Source of the DNA: Podarcis vaucheri | Lineage: Eukaryota | DNA length: 64,000 nt | NCBI GenBank assembly: GCA_965113315.1 | Contig: OZ220368.1 | Direction: 5' to 3' (one strand) | Shown: positions 27,330 through 40,886 of the stretch, piece after piece | Layout: every line of letters begins with the position of its first letter | How positions within the stretch are numbered: the first letter of the stretch is position 1 | The notes under the pieces: model-generated | Seen by the model: the letters and a program-made list of their open reading frames with translations, nothing else | Told to the model about the DNA's origin: nothing | Databases searched by the model: none | Position numbers and translations under genes: made by a program

Positions 27330-28720
27330 GGGTTTGTCGCTATATATAAGGCGACTGCGAACGGCGGCCCGAGCCCGTTACTTTACGCGCCTTGCCCCCT
27401 GAGAGAGGCAGGCCCTCGTCGCGCTCACTCCGCCCGCCCTGACAGACTCACTCGCAGGCCCAGAGGCTAAGGCCGCGACGACGGCGCTCCTCGAGAGACG
27501 CGACGACAACTCCCTCAGAGCCGCCTCCTCCCCTCCGCTATTGTCCGAACACGCCGGCTCTGGAGAAACGTCAAAACGCCCGGGGGAGGGGGTTTTAAGA
27601 AAAGAGCGCGAGAGGGAGGGCTTTTGGGGATAACCTATCGCGAGATGTAATGCCGCCCACCCCGCTTAAAACGTCACCACGGCAGCTCGCCCGCGAAGAA
27701 ATCGCGCGAGCCTCTCACGCCCCCTAAGGGAGTACGCAACCCCTCCCCTTTCCACATTTGCAAATCTCGGCCTGTAATTCGTCCCATCTCGCGATAATCT
27801 CCTCCCTTTTCCCTCTTCAAATGCTTTCCCCCCCCTCCTTTTTTTTTACCTTCCCGCCTTGAAATCTCATGCCCTTTTCATAGACGTCTCGCGAGCTCTT
27901 GCCGCGCGCCTCCTCCCCCTCCCCAACCCCCCGCCCTCCTCTCGTGGAACACGATGCGACGCAGGAATGTGAAAGGCTCCCGCCCGCCGCCATTTTCTTT
28001 CTTTCTTGGCAGGCAGAGAGCGCGGTAGGAAGCGGCGAAGCGGACATGGCGGATTACTCTACGGTACCCCCTCCTTCTTCGGGCGCGCCCGGGGGAGGCG
28101 GAGGAGGTGGCGGGGCAGTCAATGATGCTTTTAAAGACGCGCTGCAACGGGCTAGGCAGGTGTGTATCGTCGGCGCCGGGCAATGGGTGCCGCTTCCCAG
28201 GCCGGCCTTGCCCGGCAGGCTTTTTCAAGCAGGCCGCCCAATTCGCCCCTCCGTCGCTCGGCGTCCTGCGCAAGGGCGAGCGGGGCACGCCCCACCACCG
28301 CCATCCCGTAGGCCGCCAGAGGCGCTCCCTCCGTTAGGAGCTGAGGCGGTTTTTTGTTCCGTGGGCCTTTGGGAGGACTTTTCGGGCAGGGGCGCCGTAG
28401 TTCCCTCAGTGACTAGAAAAAGGGGGTGGAAATAGAAAGTCCTGTGGCGCCTCGGTTCGATTCGCGCCTCACGGGAGCGAAGGAGGGAAGTGAGATTTGA
28501 GGGACACCATCCCTCGGATAATGAGGGAATTTCTTCCTCGGAGACCTTTTTCCCCCTCTCAAGCCGCCTTCCCGTAATGGCGGCGTCCTCTCTACGTGCA
28601 CCACCAACCCAGAGAGAAAGGCGGGTGGGTCGGCATTTCTGATTTCCCCCAACTTCCACCTCGCTCGCTCTTGGTCCGCGAGGACCGTCTCCTCCCTTCC
28701 TCGCATGCAATACCAGTACT
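27330..28720. promoter_or_regulatory. CpG island, FUBP1 promoter, probably bidirectional (DNAJB4 distal promoter)
   Basis: CpG-rich; TMTCGCGAGA (BANP/CGCG) motifs at 27636-27645 (+), 27787-27796 (-) and 27887-27896 (9/10); YY1 GCCGCCATTTT at 27986-27996; E2F-like TTCCCGCC at 27851. Confidence 0.85.
28046..28159 (+). CDS. FUBP1: FUBP1 exon 1
   Basis: [38 protein letters not shown]; Kozak GACATGG; donor CAG|GTGTGT. Confidence 0.97.
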
Positions 28721-30479
28721 TGTAGCGATTTTCATCGTTTGGTGAATAGTTTCTACTTCACAGGATGAGGGAGGAATTAGCGCTCGTCCTCAAGGGGGGG
28801 GTAGCCTCTTGTATGGCCGAGGCACCTTTTACTTGAGTTTCCGCTTCTTTACTTGGGGTATTTTTTTCCTCCCTTTTACTCACAGTTTAGGGTTTCCCTA
28901 ATTTTTTTTACACAGTCGCACAACACGGAGAAACCCGAAACACCGCTTTTATAAAATAGAAATTGTTACCTAATAAGGTAGCTGGTCCACTCTTTCCTTT
29001 CCTCTTGTTCACATAATAATTAGAAGGCGTTGTTTCTGTATCACTTTATATGACCCCATAAGTTTTTAGATTAATTTTTTTTCAGTCCCCTGCTGTATAG
29101 GTGAGATAAGAGCATTTTCTAAATCAGAAAAAAGACTCCCGTTCGATTCTGTAAGAGGTTATATGAAATACTATAGTTGTCAACTAGTCCTGACCTGGTG
29201 TCTCTGTCCTGGTTGTGTGGTTTGGGGCAGTCGGGGAATAAGAATTGGCTTCCTACTTGACTGTTGAAGATAATTGCCGCCATTTTTAGCAGTAATGCTT
29301 CCCTTCCATTTATTTAGTTGCCTTAAGCTTTCTTGTTTCCTAGCAACTTACTTAGACCAGTTAGATGTAACAACCAGCCCTAAGTCAGAAAAGTTTGATC
29401 TAGGAACCACATCTCTTACTAATTTATAAAAGCAAAGAGAATTAAGAAAGCATTTGGTAAGAGTTCTTTGCCTTCAGCAGTTGCCAATATCTTTGTTCAA
29501 ACGTTTCATACAAACTGAAAGCTCCAGCAAGACAGGATCACAGTCCTCTTCCTTGCAAGTGGGTGAGGTAAGGCAAGGAGGATAGTACAGAATCCAGTAA
29601 ATTGTTGTAGTTTTGTTAACGGAGAGGAAGTGGCAAAATAATTTATAAACTGTAGTATAAAGCTAAATTTTCAGGGCCCAACACTACCACCTTACCTCAT
29701 AGATGACTGAATATACTCATCTATAAAAAGAGAAAGACGTGGATTCTTTATAGCTGCACTCTTTCATATACACAAATAGATGAACCATTCTACACATTTT
29801 TTTAGATGCAGAATGGCTGTTTGAACATTGAACAAGGGGAAATAATTTTAAATTAGTTTCCATTCTTAGTGGCGGAAGAGAAAATCTTGAAAATGAGATG
29901 TTGGCACATTTTAAAAACAAGGTTGTGGGGGTGCTTTTAATACATGCTTACAACAACAACAAAATCTTGACTTAAGGGCAGCTAGGAGTAGTATAATGTG
30001 TAACTCATTCCTATTCCAAATCTGGCACACTGAGGTGGCTCAGATACAGCAACATGCCATAATTCAGAGTTACATAAATGACTCTGTCAAAACTCTTGGG
30101 TTTGCACACTCCCTACTTGTCTTTCACCTTGTACTGTAATTTTTTTTCTGCTTTGAGACAGGATTTGAACTGTCAGGCTTGTTTCTTTCAAACTAAAAAA
30201 AAGAATCATAGGGAAGAGGGAGATGAAGGGAGCATTCAAATGTAAGCCTGAGCCAACTAGGTTGTAGTTCATCTCGGCTGTGATATTAAATAATGCAATT
30301 CTAAACACACTCAAAAGTAAGTTCTCCTGAAATGGGGTCTACTAGATGGGAAAAAGTTCCACTGAACACATTTACTTGTGAAAAAATATGATGTGGGCTC
30401 TTGTTTTTAAAACAGGAGAACCCAAATTTACAGGATCATAAATTAATTTCATTTTAGTCATTAAAAATGCTAATTATCT

Positions 30480-31210
30480 ACCTTTTATCTATTGATTCTC
30501 AGGTAGAGTACAAAAAATAAACAATCCACCATACAACAATAAAACGGCAAACCAAATAAAGGCAGTTAAAATAGAGTGAGATGATCAATTACCAAATTAT
30601 TAAAATACTTGGACACAAATAGGTATGTTTTGACCAGGTGCTGAAATCATGATTGCTTGGGCTCCAATCATAAGTCTTAGGAGAGCATTTCACGTATGCA
30701 GTGCCACTACAGCAAAGGCTTTACCGCAGCACAACTAAGGTATGGCACCACATAGTGGAAATTGCCCTGGTTATGGAACTGAAAACCCACCTTGGAGGAT
30801 CTAAACACCCTGGCAACCTGGCATTGGTGGATATGTTCCTTTAGGTATTTTGGTGGTGAGCTGCTTAGAGTTGAAAAGATAGGTTTTGAAGTGAATAAAC
30901 CGCTAATGTAACTCTTAGAATCACTGTGATGTCATTCCGTCTGTCCAGTAAAGAGAGAGAGTGCAGCTACATTCTGCCCTAACTTAAGCTTCTGGCTTGT
31001 CTTGAAGGGATAGAACCATGCACGGCACATTACAGTAACCCAGTCAGGTCACCAGAGGATGGGTCACTATGGTCAGACTATCCAGGAACAGTTATAGCTT
31101 TTAAAAAGACACAAGTCTCCAGACATGGGCATCTACAAATCAGAGTTTTATCTTGTCAGTGTTCAACTGCAGTTTATTAGCCACCATCAATCCCATACTA
31201 AATCCAAGCA
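30480..31210 (-). mobile_element. Highly degenerate L2-like fragment in FUBP1 intron 1
   Basis: Reverse L2-type motifs such as CACATTACAGTAACCCAG and GCAGCTACATTCTG. Confidence 0.4.
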
Positions 31211-31833
31211 CTGGTCTAAGCACATGCACTGCTTGATATTTCAAAAGGATCTTCGCTGACATTAACCTTTGGAAGATTTACTGCAATTACTATATGAAGT
31301 ATCTATACGCTGGCTTGGGGCCAGTTTACACCTTGGAGGAGGAGGAGCATTTATAACACTGCACTTTGACTTTAGGCAGGCACCCTCACTATATTGTTTT
31401 AAAAGCCAGTTCCCTTTAAATTAATCATTTGGGCAAAATAGCAAGCAATTCACTGTTAGCTTCTATATGGTATGAGGTTCTATAAGAAATTGCTTGCGTG
31501 TTTGTGCCTGCCACAAGCAAGCACACTAACCTCTGATAACATAATTGGTTGCTGTTGTATTTCAACACTTGCATGTCTGATTCTTCCAGTTAAGCTGACA
31601 CCAGTTGTTCTTCTCTTAATATAAAGGTTTGCCCTGATCTTCAAATGGTGGCCTCCCAGAGCAAAAATCATAGTTAGACAACTTGTGTTTAGTGTAATTT
31701 AATGCTTGACAACATATTAATGTATGATGTAAGGTATCTGTTACAGCAAGTGTAAAAAAAATCATTCTTTGAAACACTACTTTTTACAACATAGTCTAAA
31801 AAAATGATATGCTGGCCTTTTCTTTTCTTTCAG

Positions 31834-31924
31834 ATTGCAGCAAAAATTGGAAATGAATCTGGAACATCTGTGAATTCAAATGATTACAGTTATGGAGGAC
31901 AAAAAAGACCTCTTGAAGATGGAG
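31834..31924 (+). CDS. FUBP1: FUBP1 exon 2
   Basis: IAAKIGNESGTSVNSNDYSYGGQKRPLEDG; AG/GT flanks; 91 nt. Confidence 0.95.
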
Positions 31925-32655
31925 GTATGCTGTCAATCAGTATATAAGATGCTAATATATTCAGTTCTAAAAATTATAAACTGATAGTGTGTGTGTGAGT
32001 GCATGAGTTAGTTTAGCTTTTCTGCATTACTTTAATCGTGGTTATTGGTTAGAAGGTAGAATAGTCCATCTTCAACATGGATATGATCTTTTAGACATAA
32101 CTAAAAACCTAAGGTAGGTAAAATATGTATTATTTAAAATTCATCAGAAGCACAGTGTTGAAATATTTGTGACAGAGGATTAACAGCTCCTCTAATTTAT
32201 ATGGAGAATGCTTATTTGTTAATCTTTTTCAAACCTGGTGGTTTGGTATATAAGTTACATTGTGCAGGCACAACATTTTAAAATGTAGTTACCGTATTTC
32301 ATTAAAAAGACAACCGTTGAAATATTTGGAGAAATGTCTTCCTCTAACTTGCTTGAACCTTTTGTTTGTTTTTAAAACATGTTACTGAAATGTGTAGCTT
32401 TTTTAATTTTAAAAAGCTTTTGTGGGCTTAACAGGGTTTAATATGTTTATCTTCTAAAAAGCAAAGCATTGTGTAATTTTTTTTTTTATTCATGAAGACA
32501 GTTTCTGACCTTGGAGGAGAATATAGGTTTTGAAGGATTATAATTTTGTTTACAGAAAATTTCTAAGGCTCTTGACAAGGAGTACTTGTGTACTTTATTA
32601 AAGTGCCTTTTATTATTAGTGAGGTTTTTAATATTCAAAAATGAGCTAATGATGC

Positions 32656-32803
32656 NNNNNNNNNNNNNNNNNNNNNNNNNNNNNNNNNNNNNNNNNNNNN
32701 NNNNNNNNNNNNNNNNNNNNNNNNNNNNNNNNNNNNNNNNNNNNNNNNNNNNNNNNNNNNNNNNNNNNNNNNNNNNNNNNNNNNNNNNNNNNNNNNNNNN
32801 NNN
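32656..32803. other. Assembly gap (148 N)
   Basis: Run of N in FUBP1 intron 2. Confidence 1.
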
Positions 32804-33568
32804 GAAATGAACTAGTGGATCTTTTGAAATGGATGACACAAATATTTCTTGGAATATGTGTCTGACTTTTACTGCACTTAATAATGGTGGTTCATCATAT
32901 ATTCCTGAATATGGGGTGGGACGGAAACATTTGAGGTAATTTTTATCAGATATCAGTTATCTACGACTTTCACTCATACTAAACGGATTTGGATGGTAGT
33001 GATGGTAGTGGCTTTGAATCTGCTGTTTTGACGTCTTATGCCGTGAAATTTTCAGTATTTGGTTAGGAAGTCTGTATGATAGTTCCCAGATTGAGATTGT
33101 ATTGCTATGTGTTGGTTGAATCTTAAATTTTGATTTTCTATTTAGTATTGTGGTCGTTGTCAGATATAATTGTAAAATGATTATTTCTCACAATGGTGGT
33201 CTTTTCAGTTTTTGTTACAGAAGCATCATTAGCTTTAGTGTCAAATTACTAATAATACAGCTAAATGTTTGTTAGTTATGTTTTAGTGACCTGGACATCC
33301 GTAATAGTGTGTTTAAACCTGCGTGCCTTATTAAACCTTGAACAGTTTATCTGATAAATGGAAGTATTTTGCATTTTTCCCCCCTGACTATACTAACCAA
33401 GTGTTAAACATATAAGATTTTTCCTTGTTTAGATGATCTATTCCCTGAAATTTCAAAAACATGCTAAAATGCATTGGACAAGTTGCATTTTGCACTTCTG
33501 GAACAACCATTTATTTAAATTTCCTATCTTTGTGACAAAAAACATTTAAAAAAATCTTACTTTTGCAG

Positions 33569-33610
33569 ATCAACCAGAGCCTAAGAAAGTTGCTCCTCCA
33601 AATAATGATT
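33569..33610 (+). CDS. FUBP1: FUBP1 exon 3
   Basis: DQPEPKKVAPPNND; CAG|...|GTAAGT; 42 nt. Confidence 0.92.
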
Positions 33611-34179
33611 GTAAGTATGTTTTTACCTTGTGGTCAGCTCTTAAGTGTACTTGTCAAAGCAAGTGTTTAGTATTCTATTCTATACATAGTTATGATATAC
33701 CAGTGTTTATGTGCACATAGTGATTGAGTGCATGCGGCAGAGTTGCTGGGTGGTCTTGTGCCTCTATCCCTAGAAACAGTAATTAGATCTGCAATACAAA
33801 CCACTTTTGAAACTGCACCACATGTGTTGTATATAGGGATTCTGTTTCTGGGAGGGCTATCTTAAATAGGAGTGGAAGGAGTCTTTCTGAATCAGTCAGT
33901 ATTTGCTTTTTAAAAACAGAATATTCATATTAATAAAAGGAATATAGTTTTGAAATGAACCAAACGTTAGATAGTTAAAAAGTAGTAGCTGGCAGGGTTT
34001 TTACTCAGGAAGATATGCTGTAATGAGTCAGAACATGTATCCATAGAGCAGTATTGTGTTTAGTAACTGTCAGTGGCTGCCCCCAAGGCTTAAGGCAGTA
34101 GTTTTTCCCTACTATGAGATACCATGGGTCTGCTGCTGAGCTTTGGCCCTTACCTCCCTTTAAAAAAAAACACAACCGC

Positions 34180-34765
34180 TGTATGTATTTATTTAATAAA
34201 ATCTATACACCATTTGATTGTTTAGAAAACCCAAAACAGTTTACAAACGCTAAAACAGTAAAATCGAGAAAAATATACCACCTTACTTTAAAACATACAA
34301 AAGTTAAAATACTGAAGCAGAATAAAACTACCTCATATTTCTAAGCATCTGGGTGAACTTCTCTGAACAGGAATGTTTTTAGCAAGCACTGAAAAGAATA
34401 CAATGAAGACGCCTTCTTGATCTCAATAGGCAGGGAGTTCCAAAGTGTACGCATTGCCTCACTAAGCCTGATCAAGTTCATACAAATGCAGAACAGATAT
34501 TATGTGGCATCAGTATTAGTGTCAATTCCGCTGATCAAAGCGATCAAGGGGACACATGTTGGGTAGGGTAATCTCATAAGTAAACTGGTCCCAAGTGATA
34601 GTAACACCTTGAACTTGACCCGGTAGCAAATTGACAACCAGGGCAGATCTCTCAGCACAGGTGTTATATGCCGACAAGGCATTATACACTAAACTGTAGC
34701 TTCTGTATTAAGCACAAAGGAAACCCCACATAAAGCATGTTGCAATAATCCAGTCTTGGAAGTAA
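34180..34765 (-). mobile_element. L2 LINE 3' fragment
   Basis: Minus ORF HITPVLRDLPWLSICYRVKFKVL is the L2 ORF2 C-terminal motif; TTTATTTA tail. Confidence 0.75.
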
Positions 34766-37700
34766 CCAACACATGAGAATTGAACATAGCATTTGAGCAG
34801 CCGTCATGAAATGATGCAAAAGATAAGCCAGGAGACAGATGTAAACTTTCCATAGATTGTTTGTGAGCTGCTAATCCAACATATTTTATTACCGCTTTTC
34901 AGCTTGTAGCAGCCTTTTATGTAGAAGAGGAAATATAGGAAAGGACATTCTATAGTTTTCTATTATCCCTCTTGAGGATATTTTCTTGCTCAATCCTATC
35001 TTCTAATCATGTTTTATATCTTGTTGGGCCCAAATATCCAGTGTAAAAAGGTTAAAAGTAAATTTAGACAGCGGGTTGGATTCAGTGTTGCATCAGAAGT
35101 TTGTTTGCGCAAGGTGCCTCTGCATGGTTTTCACATATTCGCACATCACACCTTTCTCCTTGGAAAGGTTTTTGAGGAGATGCAGGGACCTGTAACAGGG
35201 AAGGGATTGAAAGCCCTTTTTTGTGGGCAGATGTCAGTTTCTGCAATGTTTGGTCAAAAGCAATAGGGTGGGTGCTTACATGGATTTGGAAGGAGACTAT
35301 CGGAGTTCTGTTTTTAAATATGCTGCTGCTTTTAATGGAAAACCCCAAATAGAAAAATATGTAAAAATTTCAACAGGAAATTTCTTACTGCATAATTGGT
35401 TTCATTATAAGCCTGCAGACTTGTTTAGAGTTCAGTTATAAAAATCTGAACTGGTTAAGTAAGGTTATATTTTTAATGGGTTATAGAATGTTGTAGATAC
35501 TGCAGCATGTTCTTTCAATGCATTTGAAATGTGTGCTTCCCATCATGTTTAGAAATACATCCCATAATAATTGGTTAACACTATGCTGAACTTGACTAGC
35601 AATGTACCCAATGAGACAAGTTGTTAAAAGGCATTATAGTATAATCCCATGCCTTGCCTTGTCTGCTGCTTATAATAGAGAATAGAGATATTAAAGCTTA
35701 TTGAGCAGCTAGGTTCTTTAATGGTACTTGGGAGACAGGTAGAAATATATGGCTGCAGCATAAAAGGATTGAGCACAGTATCTAGTTGGGACAAGACGTA
35801 GGTTCAGAGTATGATTTGCATCAATTTGAATTTGTGTATTCACAGTAGGTATTTGATTTGCCACTGTGCTGTGGAAATCAGAGCAGGTTTCTCATATGTG
35901 TAGCATTATGAAGGAGAGGAGTGTGGTGAATTTACTAAAAACCATCTTTCCTTCTATTTTTGCCTTCTGAAAGACCTGATAGTGACTTTGGAAATATTTT
36001 GTTAGATCCAAAAGCTTCCTTCTTTGTGTGGAAGATGTCTTCTGCCCACTGGAGGACTGTTCTATACTTCATTCCAAAGAGCTCTGTAAGAAAAGTGAAA
36101 CAACTATGTTCTTACACTTACCTTTACAGAAGTATCGGTGGAAAGGCATTAGTTTATATTTTCCCATTGTTAATAGTTCATTGTTCCAACCCATAGTTGC
36201 AATTATTGTATAGAGCAGCACATCTTTTGGTGTGTGAGAAATGCAGTCTGGAAGCCTGATAAGCACATTAATTAGTCATTCATCAAGGCGTCTCTATCTG
36301 TTGGTTAATATTGTGAAATGCACAGAAGTAAAAGCAGCCTAATGTAAAAGTGTTGAGAAACTTGTTTTTAGTACAGTGTTTCTCAAACTTGGGTCCCCAA
36401 CTGGTGAGCTTGCGGATAGCAGCGTGTTCTGGGGGCTGGGGTTGGGGGAAGCTCGGGCTGGGGGGGGGAATTATTTTTTCTTCTTTATTCCCCCCCCCCA
36501 AAAAAAAAACCAACCTAGGTGCACCCTATGGGCCAGTGCGCCCTATAGGGCAAAAAATATGGTACATAATTACAAACATCACAGAAGTCATAAACAATAA
36601 ATAAAACATCAAAAAGTACACAACCAAATGGAAACAATTTCCATGTAAATCATAAGATCTAAAACTAAAGGTACAACAATAATATTAAAAACTGCAACAA
36701 GCTCTCTCAACCCCCCCATAAACAATATTCCAGCCCAAGAATCTGTTCAACAGTTTTTGTAGCTGGAGTCAGGCAGCACTCCACTCTCCCAGGCCAGATG
36801 GGAAAAGGCCAGCAAGGCAGGGTGCAGGTCTTGGCTGACAGCCAAGATTCTTATTTAAAACAGCACAGATAAAAATTAAAAGAGGAACCCTCTGCTGAGC
36901 AGCAGCTGCAGTCCTTCTGAAGCCTGTCAAGCCCGGCCCCAAGCCAGGTGGAAAGAGGCCCTCAGCAGCAGCATTCCTTAAGAGCCCGTCAGATTACAAC
37001 TCCCATCATCCCTATGCCTGCTATAAACCCTCAAATGTTGTAAGTTCCCTTGTAGGACAGTGTTTCGGCTCCATGATCATCTTGGTTGCCCTCTCTTGAA
37101 ACTTCCAGCTCTACAATACCCCTTTGTAGTTGTGATGATCAGAACTTTCTTTTGAAATTTTATAGCCTGCCTTTCAGCCAAATGATATATGGCATACATA
37201 TGCATTATAACCAAAATATGCATATAAAAACAAAACAGTTAACACTTTAGATAATCATGAAAACATACAAACAGCAGCAGGAACAATAAAAACTCCACAG
37301 TGCATCTCACCTCTGGCCTCAAGGAAGGTGAACAGGTACACACTATTCCAAGTGCATTTGAATTGAAGGCATTGTGATATGGGCTGGTAATGATTTCTAG
37401 AATGGAGCTTGCCTTTTTCACAGACTGGAGTCAACAATTTGATGTCATGCAAACCTGGCCGCCTCACTTCTCCAGGTCATTTATGAACAAGTATAAAGTG
37501 CAAGTCCCAGGATTCATCCTTGGGAGACCACACTTTATAGAACCATCCCATTTATTCCTCAGAAATCCGTCATTCACCTTCCATACAGTAGCGGACAGGT
37601 GTCACAATCCTCTAGAACAGATTTTGGGAGTCTGGAAGGGAAATAATTGAAAACTCGATATACTGAATATTTGCTGTGATCTTTCAAGGCATATAGGATC

Positions 37701-39228
37701 TCCTTTTACGTTTTTGGATCCCTACATTTTAAACAGCTGAATATGGACCCTATCAGTAATATACTTAACAAAAAAAGAAAGTTACTATTGGTAAGGAGCA
37801 AAATACAAAATAATAATGGCTGGTATCCAACACTTCGCCAGCAGAGTTCTGCTTGCGCAACTGACTTCCCCTGCCTCTTCTCCCACCTGTTCCCTACAAT
37901 GTGTTCTGAAGGGTTCTCCAACCTTCTGGAGAAGGTTTTTAGGGTGCATTGTGGACTACAGGGGAGGAGCGCCATTGTGTGAGTGAACTAGCAGCATTAA
38001 ATACAACCTGAAGTATTACAGCTGGAAAGGCTAGCAATAACAGATTAAATCCAGTGCTGCTATTACAGGGGATATCAGCTGCTGTTAAAAAACAAAAAAA
38101 ACAAAAAAAACAAAAAAAGAGGGAAGGTAATTCTATCCAATGCAGTGGCATCAAGGTTCCACTGGCATAACAGGACTTAGGTTTCCTCTCTTCTGTCCCA
38201 TCCATCTGCTCCAGTGGGTTCCCCAAACTCTGGAGCTGATTTTGTGGAAGGGAACAGGAGAGGGACGTTTTCTTGCTAACACTGCAATATCTTGTGCTAG
38301 TGAAGCTGCAGTGTTGGATAGAGCCAGTGATATTCTGTTACTAAAGTGGCAAGCCACATACAACTCCTATCCCTTGCTTCAAAAGAGAGTGGGAGATAGG
38401 ACTTTGGGTTGGTGATTGTTCATACCTAAGTACATATAGTGTGCTACCCCAACACAAAGAAAATCCTAATGTGTGTTTATTGACTACTTATTCATTGGGA
38501 TAGGAGAAGAAACCTTAAAGGTGAAGGCAAAAATGTTCTGCCCACTGAAGAGACAAGTTCCATTGATCTTACTTCATAATAATGTGCTGTATAAGGGTAG
38601 GGAGAGAGGGGGGAAGTTGTGCATAAGAGTAGGAAAAACAGTGAGCTTGGTCCTTGCTCTCCTATCCTTGTATTCTTGACCTAATTCATTTCTTCTCAGT
38701 TTGTAGTAATCTATAATTTGTCTTTACTTTCTGGCTGGCGGATTATGTCTGTTTTCCATGCATACCAGGGTTTGATATTGATTTGCAATCCAGATATACC
38801 TTGTGAAGCCTCAGTCATAGTTTGCTTGTTCTCAGCTATCAGCAAAGTTGGAAGGAAATGGTTACACTGGGCATACAACAGGACAAAAATCTAAGCCTCT
38901 GTCTCATTCTAGGCTTGTTCAATCATCAATTCATGGTTTGGTGCTCTGTCTGACCTCAGCTATTATACCCAGTGCTGTATTTCCCCATGTGAGATAAGTA
39001 TAGTGCAGTCTTAACCCACCTCTATCTGTTGAGTTCAGTGAGGATTACTCCCACTACATGGGCTTAGGATTGTAATTGTAGTTGTGATACTTTGGGTTGA
39101 ATGGGAGAGATGAAAAAAGTTAATATATATGCAAATTATTCATATGTTAGGCTGTGTGTTGCACCCGTTGTCATTTATTCCAGAGCATTTAATGGAATTA
39201 AAATATTTACCGTATATATTTATTTTAG

Positions 39229-39268
39229 CCTTTGGAAATCAGATGCCACCCATGCATCAGCAACAGAG
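39229..39268 (+). CDS. FUBP1: FUBP1 exon 4
   Basis: SFGNQMPPMHQQQR; 40 nt; AG/GT flanks. Confidence 0.92.
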
Positions 39269-40676
39269 GTAGGATACTTTTTTTCTGATTCTTCTAAGAT
39301 GTAACTGTTCATATTGACTTCTTCCAAAAATTTATAAAAGTACTTCAAAATTGCATATAACAATCCCAAGCAGGAATGACTCCAGTATGTTAATTCATCA
39401 ACTTTGCAAATTTAATTTGTCCCTTGTGAATAGACCTAAAAACTGCCAGGAAATTTGGATCTGGTGTAACTTTACACCAGTTTAACTTGCATCAGCTTGC
39501 TTTACTTCAGCTAATGTGTATAGTATTACTCCCTTACAGTTGGTATATTTGTGCTTATTACGTACCTCTAAGCAAGCATTGTACAGGACTGGGTGCTTAG
39601 CTGTGTGAGCTACAAATCTGAGCCTTCAAGGCATATTTTAGAAACAGGCAGCTGATTAATAATGTAGCATGTGTGTGTAGTTTCTTAGAGTAACCATGCC
39701 ACTTTCCAAAAAGCATGATTTTTAAAAATATGCCATCCATATTAAACTAACGTTCTCTTACTGCCTTCAGCTAAAATTGAATCAGGATGTTATTACTTTG
39801 ATGGCAATGTAAGCAAATCTGTCATTGCTACTCAAATCTCTTTGAAAATAAGATGCCAGTCAGTTCAGTATGACAGAGAAATCATTGCCTCTTTCAAAAT
39901 AGCTTGGATCAGTAAGGGTGTTATTATGTTTAAGGACAAGAAATAAGGCTTAAATCAGCTTGATAGGGTTCATTTGAAAAGGTAAATGAAAAGAACATGT
40001 TCATTAGTGAATTTCCTCCTGCATTGTAGGATAGATCATGCATGTAGTTTTATTACATTTCCCCAATCTTTTCTTTCTCTTTACATATGCTTTTCATATA
40101 TTTGCTGTTATTTGTGACTTCTGTATTTAAATTAAAAGTAGACAGGGCTATTTTCTATTTATGTGGACTCAGAGGCATCTCCACCTGACCCATGTTTTCT
40201 CCTGCATCCCCAGCAAATGGTCACAAATTGTCCATTGCTGTTCTTGTGTGAGCAGAATAGCTCTCCACTCACACAGTGGGGCTTAGCCTTCCTCTCCTTC
40301 CTCCTACATGCCCCCAAATCTGCTCTTGCATATTGGGGAAAACCAGAGTAAATTTTAGAGGCATGTAGGGGGATGCAGGATGGAGAAGAGCAAGGTAAAA
40401 TCCTGTTGCATAAGTGGAAGTCCTCTTGTGCAAACCTCTGCCTTAAATCACATGAAGTGATTATGAAATTCAAATCCATGCAAAGTATTGATATTATTGT
40501 ACCTATTCATTTAAAATAATTGGCTACTGATAAAATTACTATCATTTGTAGGCTTGCAAAACTACAAATCTGGCAAAGAAAAAAAAATAATAGGAACTAG
40601 ATAACACAATATAATTCTGAAGTTTATTGAGAGAATTCCAAGCAAAGTGCAATATATTTTTTGTTATTTTTTTCAG

Positions 40677-40726
40677 GTCTGTAATGACAGAAGAATACAA
40701 AGTTCCTGATGGAATGGTTGGATTCA
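40677..40726 (+). CDS. FUBP1: FUBP1 exon 5 (KH1 start)
   Basis: SVMTEEYKVPDGMVGF. Confidence 0.95.
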
Positions 40727-40814
40727 GTAAGTAGTGTAACCTTGCTATAAAGTAATTAAAATATACTGAATGCAATTCGTGCAATAATTCTGGTTTGTTT
40801 GTCCATTTTTCAAG

Positions 40815-40886
40815 TAATTGGCAGAGGAGGAGAACAGATTTCTCGCATACAGCAAGAATCTGGATGCAAAATACAGATTGCACCTG
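40815..40886 (+). CDS. FUBP1: FUBP1 exon 6 (KH1 GxxG)
   Basis: IIGRGGEQISRIQQESGCKIQIAP. Confidence 0.95.

Noticed and set aside
27954-28028. Potential FUBP1 uORF (MRRRNVKG...)
   Set aside because: The ATG probably lies upstream of the TSS expected at the YY1/pyrimidine element near 27990; cannot be supported without CAGE data
32645-32870. Box C/D snoRNA in FUBP1 intron 2 (ATGATG before the gap, CTGA and a hairpin after it)
   Set aside because: The box C match is imperfect, the intervening sequence is an N gap and there is no terminal stem; cannot be supported
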